DNA of 64,000 bases, from contig CM035350.1 in the NCBI GenBank assembly GCA_020137815.1, forward strand, positions 744,001 to 808,000, read 5' to 3'. This DNA is from Hormiphora californensis (lineage: Eukaryota > Animalia > Ctenophora). The notes beneath the pieces were generated by a model, which was not told where the DNA came from, did not search any database, and saw only the letters and a program-made list of their open reading frames with translations. Every line of letters starts with the position of its first letter. Position 1 is the first letter of the stretch. The position numbers and the translations under genes are program-made. Shown piece after piece: positions 24,501-37,268 of the stretch.

Positions 24501-27500
24501 GCAATGAGAGCCCCGTAATTGTACTGTATAGAAAAGCTAGAGATTGAGCTATAGCTATAGAGAAGTAAAGAGGCAATAAGAGTAGAAGTGTGTGTGGGAT
24601 TATGGAAGAAGGACGCGGATGAGAAGGACCACCTGGTATTGATTTCACACACAAACCAATTCCCTCTTCATCATTACAATCTCTCCTCTATCTCACTTGA
24701 AATGATACCATATGATCCACCTCATCACAATATGATCCCTTCCTCATTACCCTCTCCCTCCCTCATCATCCCCCCCCTCTCCTCAGGAGAAAGTGGCTCA
24801 TCTACAAGGGGCAGACAGGGCGGCTGCAGTGGCATCTCTTCTTGGTAAAGTCACCAAGCCACTCAACCCACCTCCTAAACCGCCCCAACCGGATCCTATT
24901 AATATTGGCATCCCTGTACCCAAACTGGACACCGCTGCCCAGGCAACCTCAGCTCTACTAAAGGGAGGCCCAGTAACGGCTGTATCAGGTAATAACAGTG
25001 TGGTGTTGTCGCTCAATGCGGCTGGAGTAATTACTATAACCTAGTGAGATTACTATAACCTTGTGACTAGTGAGATTGAACTACCATTACAGACGTTAAA
25101 TATTCCAATCTGCTCGTTCCATACCCTCATATAATGGACACATTGTAACATCTAATGAGATTTTAATAGATATGTAATTTAGTAAACATCGCAACCGTTA
25201 ATCTCTCTCTGTAATTCAGGAAAGGGTCTAGCTGCACAGATAGCTGCTACTATTAATGCCAAGAAGAACTTCGGTAGGGCTAAGGAGGAGGATTTGTTAC
25301 AGAACCCAGTAACAGCACCTCCCGCTAAGGTCGAGGATGAGGTAGAAATCAACGATCTACCACAACAAGCCAGGTAAGATAACGAGAAGGAGAGGGCTAG
25401 GTAAGATAACGAGACTAGAGAGGGCTAGGTAAGATAACGAGAAGGAGAGGGCTAGGTAAGATAACGAGAAAGAGAGGGCCAGGTAAGGGTTGTTTAGCTC
25501 GGTGAGGATTCGGCAGAGCTAGGATATAAGGACTGGTAAACAGTGTAGCTGTGTGAGGATAGAGAGGGGGAGGCTAATAATAAGCGTTGGTGTGTGCAGC
25601 TTGCACGTGCAGTCTATTAGCGAACCCTGTCTATAGTAGTAGACCCTGTTCTATGGTATAACTAACCCCTATGTAATAGTCTACCATAGCTAAATACTGT
25701 TCCAGCAAACACGCGTCATGATCAGGAGCTATGTTATCTGTTTAATTGGAGCCAGTAAATAGTACTGAAGGTTTAACAAAGGACAGTGAGTTTTATAGAA
25801 GAACTAAATGACCGATAAACGGATATTGGCTAAAAAGAGACAGCATGTATCATTACACATGCTGGGGAGACCGCTTAGGTAAAGTGCCAGCTAGGCGATG
25901 GGAGGGAAGGAGAAAAACAGAGAAAGTGAAAGTTGTGTTTTCATCACTTTAATGATACCCCTATATATGAGAGCTGCTGCTGTCAACATGTGCTTTATAA
26001 AACCCCATAAAACATACGTCCTACTACTGCTGCACTGGCACCGGGCAGTATGAGGATTGAGGAATATTGTATATACGATCCTGCTATAGAATGTATGCCG
26101 TTAAGTCGGGGAAGGCATTATTATTGTAGTATTCAAGGATTAAGAGCTCTATCGCGACCTATTTGAGTTCGGCGTTGAATTGAAAGCATGGTGAATGAAT
26201 AACATAAACCTCATGAAATGATGCACACATGGTATACCATCGTGTTCGCTGCCATATTCAGTGTGGGGGTTGAAACTGGAACCGAAATATATTGCTACAT
26301 CTCTTTAGATGAACAAAATGACGCCTGTTTAGCAACTCTTATCCTAGTTACACCAAATCAGACTACTAAAAGAAAGAAATGAGGGGGACATCCTTCTCTG
26401 CATAATTCCTCCAAAATAGTCATTATATAATGACACCACACATTAGGGTGGACGAGTGACAAGCGTGCACTTTGAAGAGTGAGGAGTACTGGAGTGAGAA
26501 GAATATAATGTTTGAGATGTTTAGAGAAATGATATGGCGTGCTGAGAAAACAAGAAAGTGGTAGAAAAGAATAGAAAGGTAATGACAGAAGATAAAATTA
26601 TAAGGAAACGTGTCGGGGTGAAAGACACACATATAAGAGCAGGAACAGAGAGGGAGAACCCGGCAGAGCTAAGAAAGTTGAACCCAGTAAATGTAGATGA
26701 AAATATGAATGAATAAGGTGTGTTGTGGTAGAACAATTAGAACTATAAATGGCTCCTGAAAAGAGATAATATTCTTGATCTGATAATTACAATGATATTA
26801 TTATAGAACTCTGAACTACGGCTATAATAACCCTCACAGTGCGCTGTGTAAATATGAAGAAATAATTCTGTCTTAGAAATATAATGTAGAATGATAGAGA
26901 GGCCTGTAAACGCACAGGTAAAGCTGCAAAAGGCCATGTAGGGAGGGAGGGAGATAATATGTTAGCGGGGTATGCTTCGCACGTGTATCTGTCGCATATT
27001 GCAAGTTAGTATAAAGTAAGGGGGTACAGTTGGGTAGCTATAACTAAACTTCAAGAACAACGCAGATACAAAATACATTTTCACTCCCCTTTAATTATAA
27101 AGCTAATAATACACATAACACATAAGTTATTTTACCACAGTGTATGTGGTATAAACTGAGATTATGTCATGAAAATATACACAGGTCGATATATTACTGC
27201 TGGTATATCTGGTATGACTATCATGGTGTATGAACGATGTTTATAGGGCACGAGGCTCTAATTGTACTGCCCTGATGTCATAGTGTGACTTAGCACCGTC
27301 TGGACTGATTTGAATATCACTTATTAGAAGAAACGTGGCCGGAAAAGCGATGTCGTGATTTTATTCAGAAAGTTCTGCTCTATCTCGTGTAATTGTATCT
27401 GCATACTGTCGTTGAGTACTAATTTCTCTGTTTTGCATTCCTTTCACTATATGTTATTATAAAAGGGTAGCTACAAAAAGGAACTGCATAACTAGGCTGT

Positions 27501-28097
27501 CTATGCAGTGTAGCCTTATGAACACTGACCCCAAACCACAACCTTCCAATCTAACCCTGATCCTCTTTCCCCCAAACTATCACACATGGCAACACCCAAC
27601 TATTAACTAAACCCTACTCCCCACACAGATACAGGATCACTAGTAAGGATGCCATTGCTGCAGTCCAGGATTATAGTGAGTGTGCCCTGACCGTCAGGGG
27701 GACCTACTACCCTCCCAATAGGAACCCACCCGAGGGAGAAAGAAAGGTAAGGGCTGTGGAATAATTAGGGGGCAGCTGGGACAGTCTTAGAATGACTAAG
27801 ATGATAGTACAATGAAAATCAATCAAGCGGCTCTTGCTACACACACTAATTAATACACATGAACATTGCGGTATTATCTTAATTCTTAGGCAGCTGGTGC
27901 GTGGGTGTTGTATAGCTGTATTTTTTATAACCTCCCCTCCTCCTCAGCTGTATATCTGTATAGAGGGCCCCAGGGACCGGGCTATAACCCTGGCCAAGAT
28001 GGAATTGAAGAGGATGATCAAGGAGGAGTTGAACAAGGCCCAGATGTTCTCATTCGGAAGTGGGGGCAAGGCAGGGGGACGGTATAGTGTCTTGTAG
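15702..28097 (+). CDS. DDX46: DEAD-box RNA helicase DDX46/Prp5
   Basis: RS domain, DPLDAFM motif, [32 protein letters not shown]-terminal KH-like region ending GRYSVL. Exons 15702-15782, 15903-16555, 17969-18191, 18635-18745, 19150-19275, 19396-19563, 19766-20443, 20544-20657, 20957-21167, 21292-21735, 21856-22025, 24787-24988, 25220-25373, 27629-27746, 27948-28097. Confidence 0.97.
16224..16343 (+). repeat. Coding repeat, 5 x 24 bp (RRSSRSPP), in the DDX46 RS domain
   Basis: AGGAGATCTAGTAGGAGCCC(A/G)CCT repeated. Confidence 0.9.
16634..17814. mobile_element. Foldback-type non-autonomous DNA transposon with internal ~192-bp tandem units in inverted arrays
   Basis: TIR CCCAGGTCAAAATTGTTGA; 8-bp TSD AAAGAGAT (16626-16633 and 17815-17822). 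Units start at about 16727, 16919 and 17111, with inverted copies at about 17278-17650. Confidence 0.85.
22147..23877 (-). CDS. Class A (rhodopsin-like) GPCR, orphan, nested antisense in a DDX46 intron
   Basis: Exons 23877-23751 and 22997-22147 join in frame (325 aa). N-glycosylation sites, TM1 GN, WPLG..C, YR at the DRY position, P in TM6, NPWVYY and F(R)KW helix 8. Confidence 0.9.
23096..23329. mobile_element. PIF/Harbinger (Tourist-like) MITE
   Basis: TAA|GGGCGCGATCACACCAAG...CTTGGTGTGATCGCGCCC|TAA with ~90-bp TIRs. An empty-site paralog lies at about 23695-23746. Confidence 0.9.
23436..23694. repeat. 80-bp perfect inverted repeat (probable MITE remnant)
   Basis: 23436-23515 is the reverse complement of 23615-23694. 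Confidence 0.75.
25371..25487 (+). repeat. 27-28-bp tandem repeat reiterating a 5' splice site
   Basis: AG|GTAAG at 25374, 25401, 25429, 25456 and 25483. Confidence 0.9.
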
Positions 28098-28331
28098 TAG
28101 GGACACTGTGTTACAGGTACATGGTGTGTGTTGCCCTTTTTATAGACTGTGTGTCAGTCTGTGCGTTGTTCTGACGAGTGAGAGATGTTGTCTGTTGTCT
28201 GTTTATACCCACCCCCCTCAAATTAGTTTTATCCAAACCAGTAGCTCGGCTGTCGTTACGTTTTCAAATTCTTCACGCCTCTCCTAGAAACAACCAACTC
28301 TATCCAAACACCAAACCCCACATGTAAACCC

Positions 28332-28359
28332 AATAAAGCACACGTCAATTAATTTTATT
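28332..28359. terminator. Back-to-back polyadenylation signals of two convergent genes
   Basis: AATAAA on + at 28332-28337 and AATAAA on - at 28359-28354, between the DDX46 stop (28097) and the Ig-receptor stop (28588). Confidence 0.55.
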
Positions 28360-28587
28360 GGAAAACGTTGGTAAAAAGGTTAAAAATCTGTATACGTATA
28401 CTGATAAAAAGCACACACTCAAGGTCATCGCATTAAAATTACAATCTAGAATCCAAGTGCACCTCCTAACACATGATATAGTTTTAGTCTGCGTGAAGGA
28501 ATTTAGGTGGTGGGGGCATGTTTTTATCGGCACCTGGCCTGAGTCCAGCAGCAATAGGCTGCAACTTTCACTTTCTTTTTTCCATTT

Positions 28588-31500
28588 TTAGGTTTCTCCT
28601 CCTTCTTCTCCTTCTGCTTCTTCTTCTTGCCTGTAGCGGGTGGGGTCCCTGAAGACACCATACCACCCTCGGGGAGTGGCGGGGGACGGGCTGCCCCAAA
28701 CTAGACCACTGGATTTGTGTTTCTCAGTCAGTACTTCTGGTAGGGCTAGTCTCTCGTCTGCAATGCACTCTGCCCAGTTGTAGAACACCCCTAGGGCCTG
28801 GGTCGTATCAAACACTAGCTCCTCGTCGTACTTCACCAGTATCAACTCAACCTTGGTAGAGACACATGGGCATTAGATCAGGGACATGGTCATGGATCAT
28901 GAGAGCATTAGAGGGACATGGTTTGTGGGGTCATTGCATGTAATGTTTACCATGCTGCATATATATCAAATGTGTTTGTACCTTTTTGGCGTGCGTGTAT
29001 TCTATTTCCTCGGGTGTGCAGGTCTGGATTCTCCTCTTGGTGTTATCCTTTCCGATCTTGTTGAGCTGTATAACAATGTCTGGCCAAGTAGCCAGCTGTG
29101 AGGGCTTGTTACCTAGCAACAGGAACACAGATCTCATCACCTGGTGGGGGTAGAGAGAGTTAGTTATTGGGCTGGGGGTGGAGAGTTAGTTATTGTGGGA
29201 GAGTTAGTTATGGTCTGGGGGTGGAGAGAGATATCCGATATCAGATAAATAGAGCTGGATTCATGACATGTTGAAAGATAGAGAGAGACAGATAGACTGG
29301 GGGGAGAAGCACAGTGTGTGGTTTTTGACATGATGCTGTATCATGTACACATAGCTTGGCAAGTGTCAGAATGCTTGTTAGCACACACAGAGTTCTTGTT
29401 AAAAACAGTAAACAGAGTGTCACAAGCTTTTAAAAAACATGAGATCTTCTCTCTCAACTAACCTGAGTAACAACATCGGGAGGGCGATTGTAACTTTTCA
29501 GAATGGCAATGGTCTGTTGAGAGAGTTTCTGAACTTCAAGTGCCGCTCTCTGGATCCTTTGGAGCTTCTTCAGTAGAACCTATAACACACAGGGGGAGGT
29601 GTTAGAGATGCTGTTGGGGCTCATACACATGCATGTGATATGACTGTATGTAACTGTATGTGATATTGAATGAGTGTTATTGAGTGAGAAGGACAAGGAG
29701 GGAGGGCTGTTACATAGAACCGGCTGCCCTGCCGAGACACACCGAGGGGGGAGCTGGGGATAGCGTTTTGCCCACACATCTTTCAGCATGGTTGGTAACA
29801 TAGTGCTACCTTTCCCTCTCTTATTTGGGGGCTAAATTGCGCCTTTTTCTTTACATCATCCTCCAGCATATCAAGAGTGCACTCTAGTGCTCCAATCCTC
29901 CTTCCTAGGGGACCCCCCGGTGTCTCTCGGCGTATTGGACGGCCCGCTCTAACATAGTACTTTAGTACACTGCTAGCAGCCCGCGGATCCCTCCTCCTTC
30001 TCCCTCCTCTTCTTCTAGTGTGTGATCTCTGAAGGGTGGGGTGTTAGTGAGATGGGGGGTTATTATTATACCTGAGCCTCCAGTAACTCCACAGCCAGCA
30101 GTGTTTCAAATCCTCCCTTCTTGATGGCATGGATGGCTGCCTCTATATCTGCTATTCTCCTATCGAATGTAGCTCCCTTTAGTTGGGTAGCTGCCTGCAG
30201 CTGCTCATACAGCTTCTTGGCTTGGAGCAGGTAGTTCTCCGTACCACTGACTCTCTTCTTCTCAGCCTTGCTGATCATCGGTTTTAACTTCTTCACATCT
30301 CTGTGCATGGTAGCATCGGCCAGGTCCTTGTTTATTGTGGCCCTCTGTGCTCTCTGTAGGGCTCCATCCCTCATCCTGTTGGCAATCTCCAGCTCTCTGT
30401 CACTCTGGAGGGGAGACAACTAGATATGAGCAAAGGGTGTTCCCACTGAGATATGTTATACCTAGGAGGGGGTGTTTGAATTCAATGTTACCTTTGAGTT
30501 CTGAACGGAACTTTCAGCCTCAGTCTCTGCTGCCTTGGCTGCCTCGAACTCTCTGTCGGCTAGCTCCTGGTTCCGTCGGTGAGTGTCTATTTGGATTCGG
30601 GTGGCTGCCTCCTCCTTAGCCCTTGCCAGACAGGTCTCCTCTTCGAGAGCCTTGGCAGCTGAAAATAGTACAGGGTGTTATCTTTGAGCACAAAACACAC
30701 AATCTTACTGCTGGAGTTTTATTGAAAGTATTCCCTACCTGCTACTCGAGCTGCCTCTTTCTCAGCTGCCCTCCTTTCAGCCTCCATATTCTCTTCATAC
30801 TGCTCCCTGGCAATTCTCTCTGGAAAGTGGGGGTTGTTTGTTAGAAAGAGTTATTAGGAACTCAAGGTTCAGAAACAATTAAATCTTGTGGTCTGTCTAA
30901 TAGAAAACAGTTGAATAGTTTCCTTACCTTGTTCTTCCCTCCGTAACCTCTCCTCCAGCTCTCTCCTTTGTAACTCCACTATCCTGTCCTCCTCTTCCTG
31001 TATTCTCCTCTCTTCTTCCAACCTTCTCAACTCTGCCTCCTCTGCTTCACGTCTTATTCGCTCCTCTTCCTCGAGTCTAGCCCTCTCCTCAGCTTCTTTT
31101 CGAAGTCTCTCTTCCTCTTCTAATCTGGCATTTTCTTCAGCCTCTAACCTCAATCTTTCTTCCTCTTCCATCCTTGCCCTTTCTTCAGCTTCTTTCCTTA
31201 ACCGTTCTTCTTCTTCAAGGCGGGCTTTCTCTTCAGCTTCTAGTCGAGCCTTCTCTTCTGCTTCGAGTCTCAATCTCTCCTCTTCTGCTAGTCTGGCCTT
31301 TTCCTCAGCTTCTAGACGCAGTCTTTCTTCCTCTTCCAATCGTGCCTTTTCCTCAGCCTCCTTTCGTAACCTCTCTTCTTCTTCTAGTCTTGCCTTATCT
31401 TCCGCTTCCAACCTAAGCCGTTCCTCTTCGCTCAGCCTTGCCCGTTCAGCTTCCACTCTCAGTCTTTCTTCTTCATCAAGTCTAGCCTTTTCCTCTGCCT

Positions 31501-34500
31501 CTTTTTTCAATCTTTCCTCCTCTTCTAATCTGGCCTTTTCTTCAGCCTCTAGCCTCAACCTCTCTTCCTCTTCTAACCTCGCCTTTTCCTCCGCTTCCTT
31601 CTTCAGCCGTTCCTCCTCCTCTAACCGGGCTTTCTCTTCAGCTTCAAGACGCAGTCTCTCCTCTTCTTCCAATCTTGCTTTCTCTTCGGCCTCTTTCTGT
31701 AACCTCTCTTCTTCTTCAAGTTTTGCTTTTTCTTCAGCTTCCAGACGTAGCCGTTCTTCTTCTTCGAGTCTAGCCTTCTCCTCGGCTTCTAGTTTTAGTC
31801 TCTCTTCTTCTTCCAGTCTAGCCGTCTCTTCTGCTTCTAATCGCTGTCTTTCCTCTTCCTCCAATCGTGCCTTTTCCTCCGCTTCCAACCGAAGTCTCTC
31901 TTCTTCTTCTAACCTGGCCTTTTCTTCAGCCTCTAACCTCAGCCGTTCCTCCTCTTCGAGCCTAGCTTTCTCCTCCGCCTCTAAACGCAATCTCTCTGCC
32001 AGTTCTTTCTCAAGACGTTCCTTTTCCTCAGCTTCCTTTCTGAGTCTCTCCTCTTCTTCAAGTCGGGCCAGCTCTGCAGCCTCTTTCTTCAATCTCTCTT
32101 CCTCAAGGATCTTCCTGGCATCCTCTTCTTGTTTCAGAATCTCTGCCTCCTGCCGTCTTTGTTCCTCCAGTTTTTCCTGTAGTTCCTTCTCCGCCCTTTC
32201 CTTCTCCTCTTTCTCTCTCGCCAGACGGGCCGCTTTTTCTGCCGCTCTCTTTCGCTCTTCCTCCTCTTTTTTCAACTTCTCCAGTGCTTTCTCATTGGCG
32301 TAAACTGAAAGGAAAATGGCACCGTTACAATTAGAACAAACAAAACTTTAAAAACCTAGTTCATATTGCAGAGTCTTATCATCAAGAGGGTCTCATCATT
32401 ACCTGGATCAGTACCATTAACAGATACAGCTATATCAACCTTCTTCCTCCGTTTAGATCTCCTATACAGTAGAATCATGATGATGATTATCAGACAGAGC
32501 AGGAAGATAAGGCCAATACTGAGGGTTGAGTAGAGGACTGCATCCACTACGGCACCCGCCACTAACACTTGTATCTCCATGGAAACGGAGTTGAATCCAT
32601 TAGTTCCAGTACAGGTGAACATTGTGTCGTCCCCACTCTCCACTGGACTAATGAGTAGTGCACCATCCGATTGTACCTGGAGAGAGTTTAGAGACAGTTA
32701 GTTATCAATTCAGCCATTACTATTCAGATTGTGAAACATTGTTGTCCCCCTCTTCTTACCACATGGTTGAAGGTTCCATCAGTTTTAACTATTGGTAGGG
32801 ACACTCCATTCCTCTTCCAGGTCACTGCGGGGGTAGGGGTGCCACTAAACTCACACAGCAACACCGCTGATTCTTTCTCCTTAGTTTCAACGACTGGCCA
32901 GGTTCCATTCCTCCACTCTACAGGGTACCCCACCACAACAGTCACATCCTGGGCCTTACTGTACTCCTTGCCAGCATAGCTATTACTAGTTAGACAGGTG
33001 AAAACATGCTCTCTACTCTCGTTCAGATAGAGAGGGCCAATAGGGAAGCGGGATATTAGGGTGGAGGATTGACCGTTAGTACCCTCCTCTGTAGTCATAT
33101 CCCCAGTATATGATGCAGGTATGTTGACCCAGGTGACACTAGGCATTGGGGCACCCTGGGCCCCACATTCCACTGTTCCCACCTGGCCATCCACAACATA
33201 CATAAAATTATCAGATATGAAGTGAGCCTCTTCAAACACTAACACAGCTGTGGGGAGAGAGAATGAGTTGGGACCTCCCAATCACTAATATGTGATACTA
33301 CATACTGTCTACTGTTCGATTCTAAGTTCCTTCAACTTACAGCTGATAAAGACAGACCCACTGGCCATGGCAGTCTCGTGTTCATTGTACGCAAAGCACT
33401 GGTATAGTCCTGTATCATCAACTACTGAGTTGGTGATGGTCAGAACACTCTTTGTAGCGTACTCCCCTCCGTTAATCTTGTAAATTGTAGTACTCCAGTC
33501 CACATGATCTGGAGAGAGAGAGAGAGAGAGAGGGAGGTTAGCACGTTATGGACACCTCGACAGAAACGGAGTGTGTTCTAAATCCCATGATACAGCTGAA
33601 AGCTAGTGTGTTATAGGTCCCCATACATTTATCTGATACAGCTAGAAAGATACAGCTCTGTTCCCCAGCCCCTACTTACTATTCTGTTTGACAAGTTTCT
33701 GTCCGTCAGCATACCACTCCATAGTGACCGGTGGGTTGCTGGTAACCTCACACGTTAGGGAGAAGTGGTCCTGTTTCACCAAACTCTTGTCAGTTGGGGA
33801 GGTGGTGAATTGGAGGGAGGATACCACCCAGATAGGAGTTGACACAGGCACCTCGTCAGATCCAACAGAGTTCTCTGCAATACATACATAGGTAGCTGTA
33901 TCGGACATTGTGACTCTCTCTATCGTTAGGGTGTACTGAAAGAGAAGGTTAGGTTAAATTGTTTTAGGGACGGATTATGCACAAGAGTAGGGGTCGAAAC
34001 AATAAGTGTTAACTCAACTTTATGACACTCTAACCCCCATCACTTCTCTCCCATTATCTCTTTTCTCTCTGTTCTCATTACCTCGTCCTCACTGATGGTA
34101 AACCGTGGAAATGATGCAGGGCTATCTGTTATCTTCTGGTTGAGCCCCTTGTACCATGTTATAGTTGGCTGCTCCTCTCCATACACGCCACATGTAATGG
34201 TAACAGTGTCCCCCTCTGTCAGATACACATTCTTATCATTCCACAGAGTAGTAGGGAGGTTCCTGGGTGTTTCTATTGCTGGTTCAGTGACCACCAGGAC
34301 TGCCACCCTACTCAGTGCCTTGACACCCAACAACTCGTTACGGGCCTGGCAGGTGTACTTGCCCGCGTTAGAGGTGACAAGATGGTGGAGGATCAGAGAT
34401 CCAGTTGGTGTTATCAATGTGTTATCATCTGTCAGTGGGTCTCCATCCCTGTAGAAGAGAGAGAGGGTTAGAGCCATCTGTCGATTGGTAGGGAACTGGT

Positions 34501-35663
34501 ACTGGTACTGGTAGGGGGCCATTTTGTTTGGAAATGGAAAGGAGGTCTATAGTACTCACTTGAGCCATGACACCTCAGCAGGGGGATATGATGTGGGAGG
34601 GGTGCATGTTAGGGTTATCACCAGACTCCCTCCTGCCACCGTCCTGTTGTTAGGCTCCTCCAGGAACTCTGTCGTGAAATCTGGGAGGGGATATTCCACA
34701 TGTTAGATGCGCTGTCAGTATCGCAGAACAACTTATAAAAAGTACGGGTACTTTGAATCTTCGGTTGTGTACATATCTAGATTTAGTTCCCTCCCCCACT
34801 TACAGATTGCGTTGACCATGGTTTTCCTGCTAAGTGCTCGGTTATTCCCATCACTAGCACTGCACTGCAGCCACCCAGAGTTACCCTGAGTCATGTTCCT
34901 GATAACCAGAACATTATCACTGATCTCTACGTTACTAGGCATGTTCTGAAAGGTTGTCATGGTTACTTCTTCACGATGGCAGCTGTTGATCAGATTATAG
35001 AACAAGTTGTACTTGTACATTATGGGTACATGTACTGAATGTATAACTATACCTCAACTGCTCGATTGTCATTGGTGAATTCCCAACTGTATCCTATATT
35101 CTGAGTTTTCTGGCTCTCCGCCAGACAGCTGATGGTAGCATCACTCCCTGACATGACATCCAGGGTAGTGGGTGGTTCAGCTGTTATCTTTAGTTGGGGC
35201 ACCTCCTTGTCCTCTTCACTTCTTCTTTTTCTTCGGAGATCTTGTAACTGGGATCTCAGTGTTGATGTAGTGTGGTGAGGTGTCACATCACCACACGGGT
35301 CAGGTGGGTCACCTGGTGATGTGAACTTGTAGTGGCACATCTCGTGCTCACATAGTGATATCTGATCTGGCGATGTTCCATTGTCTCTCAAGGCGGCTCT
35401 GAGGGAATATAGAGAGTTTTAGAACCACACTAGAATTCTAGAAAGTCTTGTATTGCTAGGCAACAACACTATACTTACAGGCAGTGTGTTGTGTGGTCTG
35501 AAAACTGGTATGAGATGTCTCGGGCGGTAGAAAAGTGTAGAAAAAATATCAAGTAGAACATATCACATAAAAGTATCTGAAGATTTGGTGAGGAAGGGAG
35601 CAGGAAGGCAAAAACATACTCTCAATCCACTAGATATATGTCAACAAGCGTATAGTGCACAAG

Positions 35664-35753
<90 letters not shown>

Positions 35754-36403
35754 CCTCACTTTCTCTCAGTTGTTAGCATGCACTGTCTCCCGAGTGAGAG
35801 AGCTCTCCTTTGACCAATCACGATCACTCATCCCGGTCACGTGCCTCTCTCTAGAAAGCTTTAGTGGACACCTTGCATCGGCTCACATCATCTTGACCCG
35901 GACAATCCTAGCTTTTTGGCACAATGATGTTCACACTACCATGTGTACTTGCAGGGGCAAGGTGTACTAAATTTAGTAGGACAGTAGATAGAGTTTAAAT
36001 AACGTTGCTTTAGTATGAGAAGTTCACACCGATCGATTTATTGCAGTACCACTAGTGTGGTTTGGAAAGCACGTGATTCGCACACTCATAGACACATGAC
36101 GATGGAGAGAGAGGGAGATTGAGAGATAGAACCGGTAGGGAAAATGTATCAATGTAGGGGGAGATCGCAGCAGGAGCCTAGTAACGACTAGTATTCAGTG
36201 TATTCTAGATATATGTAGGAGCAGCTTAGGCAAATTAAGTTTCGTCAAACGCGTAGCGATCTATTTGTCAATTCAGAATCGGCTGGTTTAACAGCAAAGT
36301 CATTGTCAATTTCAGAAGTAAACTGATCAATTATCAAACTCTTATATAGTGGTTGCGTAGTGCGTACTACGGACAAAAGTAGAATCAAAACTCTGTAATC
36401 CAT
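28588..36403 (-). CDS. Six-Ig single-pass membrane protein with cytoplasmic E/R-rich single-alpha-helix rod and C-terminal dynein-stalk microtubule-binding-domain-like module
   Basis: Probable signal peptide MDYRVLILLLSVV (5' exons uncertain), furin-like RRKRR, six Ig C..W..DxGxYxC-type units (35398-32580), TM LSIGLIFLLCLIIIIMILLY followed by RRSKRRKK. Then in-phase exons 32304-30928, 30819-30739, 30658-30492, 30404-30072, 29579-29463, 29140-28982, 28851-28588. Confidence 0.85.
30930..32275 (-). repeat. 16-aa (48-bp) coding repeat LEAEEKARLEEEERLR, ER/K single-alpha-helix type
   Basis: About 20 units in ORF 30869..32275. Codons differ among units while the peptide is conserved. Confidence 0.9.
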
Positions 36404-37268
36404 GACAAGAAATAATGGCTTATACCTCGAACTCAGCTTTTTAACTCGAAATCTTAACAAGCCAAAACTAAAATGAAATATGGGCACGAGAGTGATTTAT
36501 AGAGTGCATTAAGCCGCACGTCAGTAGTTTATTCACGCAGATCATCTCACATCTCACTACTACGCACTATCCCCCTCCACCGGGCTGTTAAAACACAGAT
36601 GGAGTGAGAGATGCGAAAACAAGCAGCTGAAGCATGCTGAGTGACGTCTTTGTCTTTGTCACAGCTGTGGTCACGTGATCTCTCTCCTCCTATCCTATTG
36701 GTCACTATTTGCAGCTGCCGGGGGCACTCCCCTAATACAATACTTGGAACTCATGGTTTATGAGCATATCATGAGGGGGGCTAACTACGCAATTCTCTAC
36801 TGACGTGGGACAGCTCAAACAAGATGTGTTTGTTTGGGATGGGGCTATCAAATAGAGCTGGTTACTTGTTTAACACACTGGACTGCTGATTGACAATCAT
36901 GGTCTACAATCAGCTCAGGTCGATCTATAAGAGATCGTGAGAAAGCATGGCAGATGAACCGCATATAGTGCAACAATAGAGCATAAAGAGGACTACACTT
37001 GGTGTAGTGGCCGTGCACGAAGAGATTGCTATGGATCTCCCTCTAAATCATAGCAAAACGCTGTCCTTTGACACGCACCCCTGCACGCAAGGGGCTGCAA
37101 GCTAGTGTAGTCTGTATATACTGCTTGTGACAGATCCATGCAGAGAGTTCAATCTGTTTTCTGGAATACACAAACTGTTTCATGATAAATCAGCAGTAAT
37201 TAATTCTACTAACAACACAAGTTAAACATTTTACCGAGTCCCTCTAGTCTTCAAGACTTTATCGAGGT

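Noticed and set aside
25500-27550. Second nested membrane-protein gene in the DDX46 intron (hydrophobic ORFs 26423-26937)
   Set aside because: No coherent frame or motif; the hydrophobicity reflects purine/pyrimidine skew.
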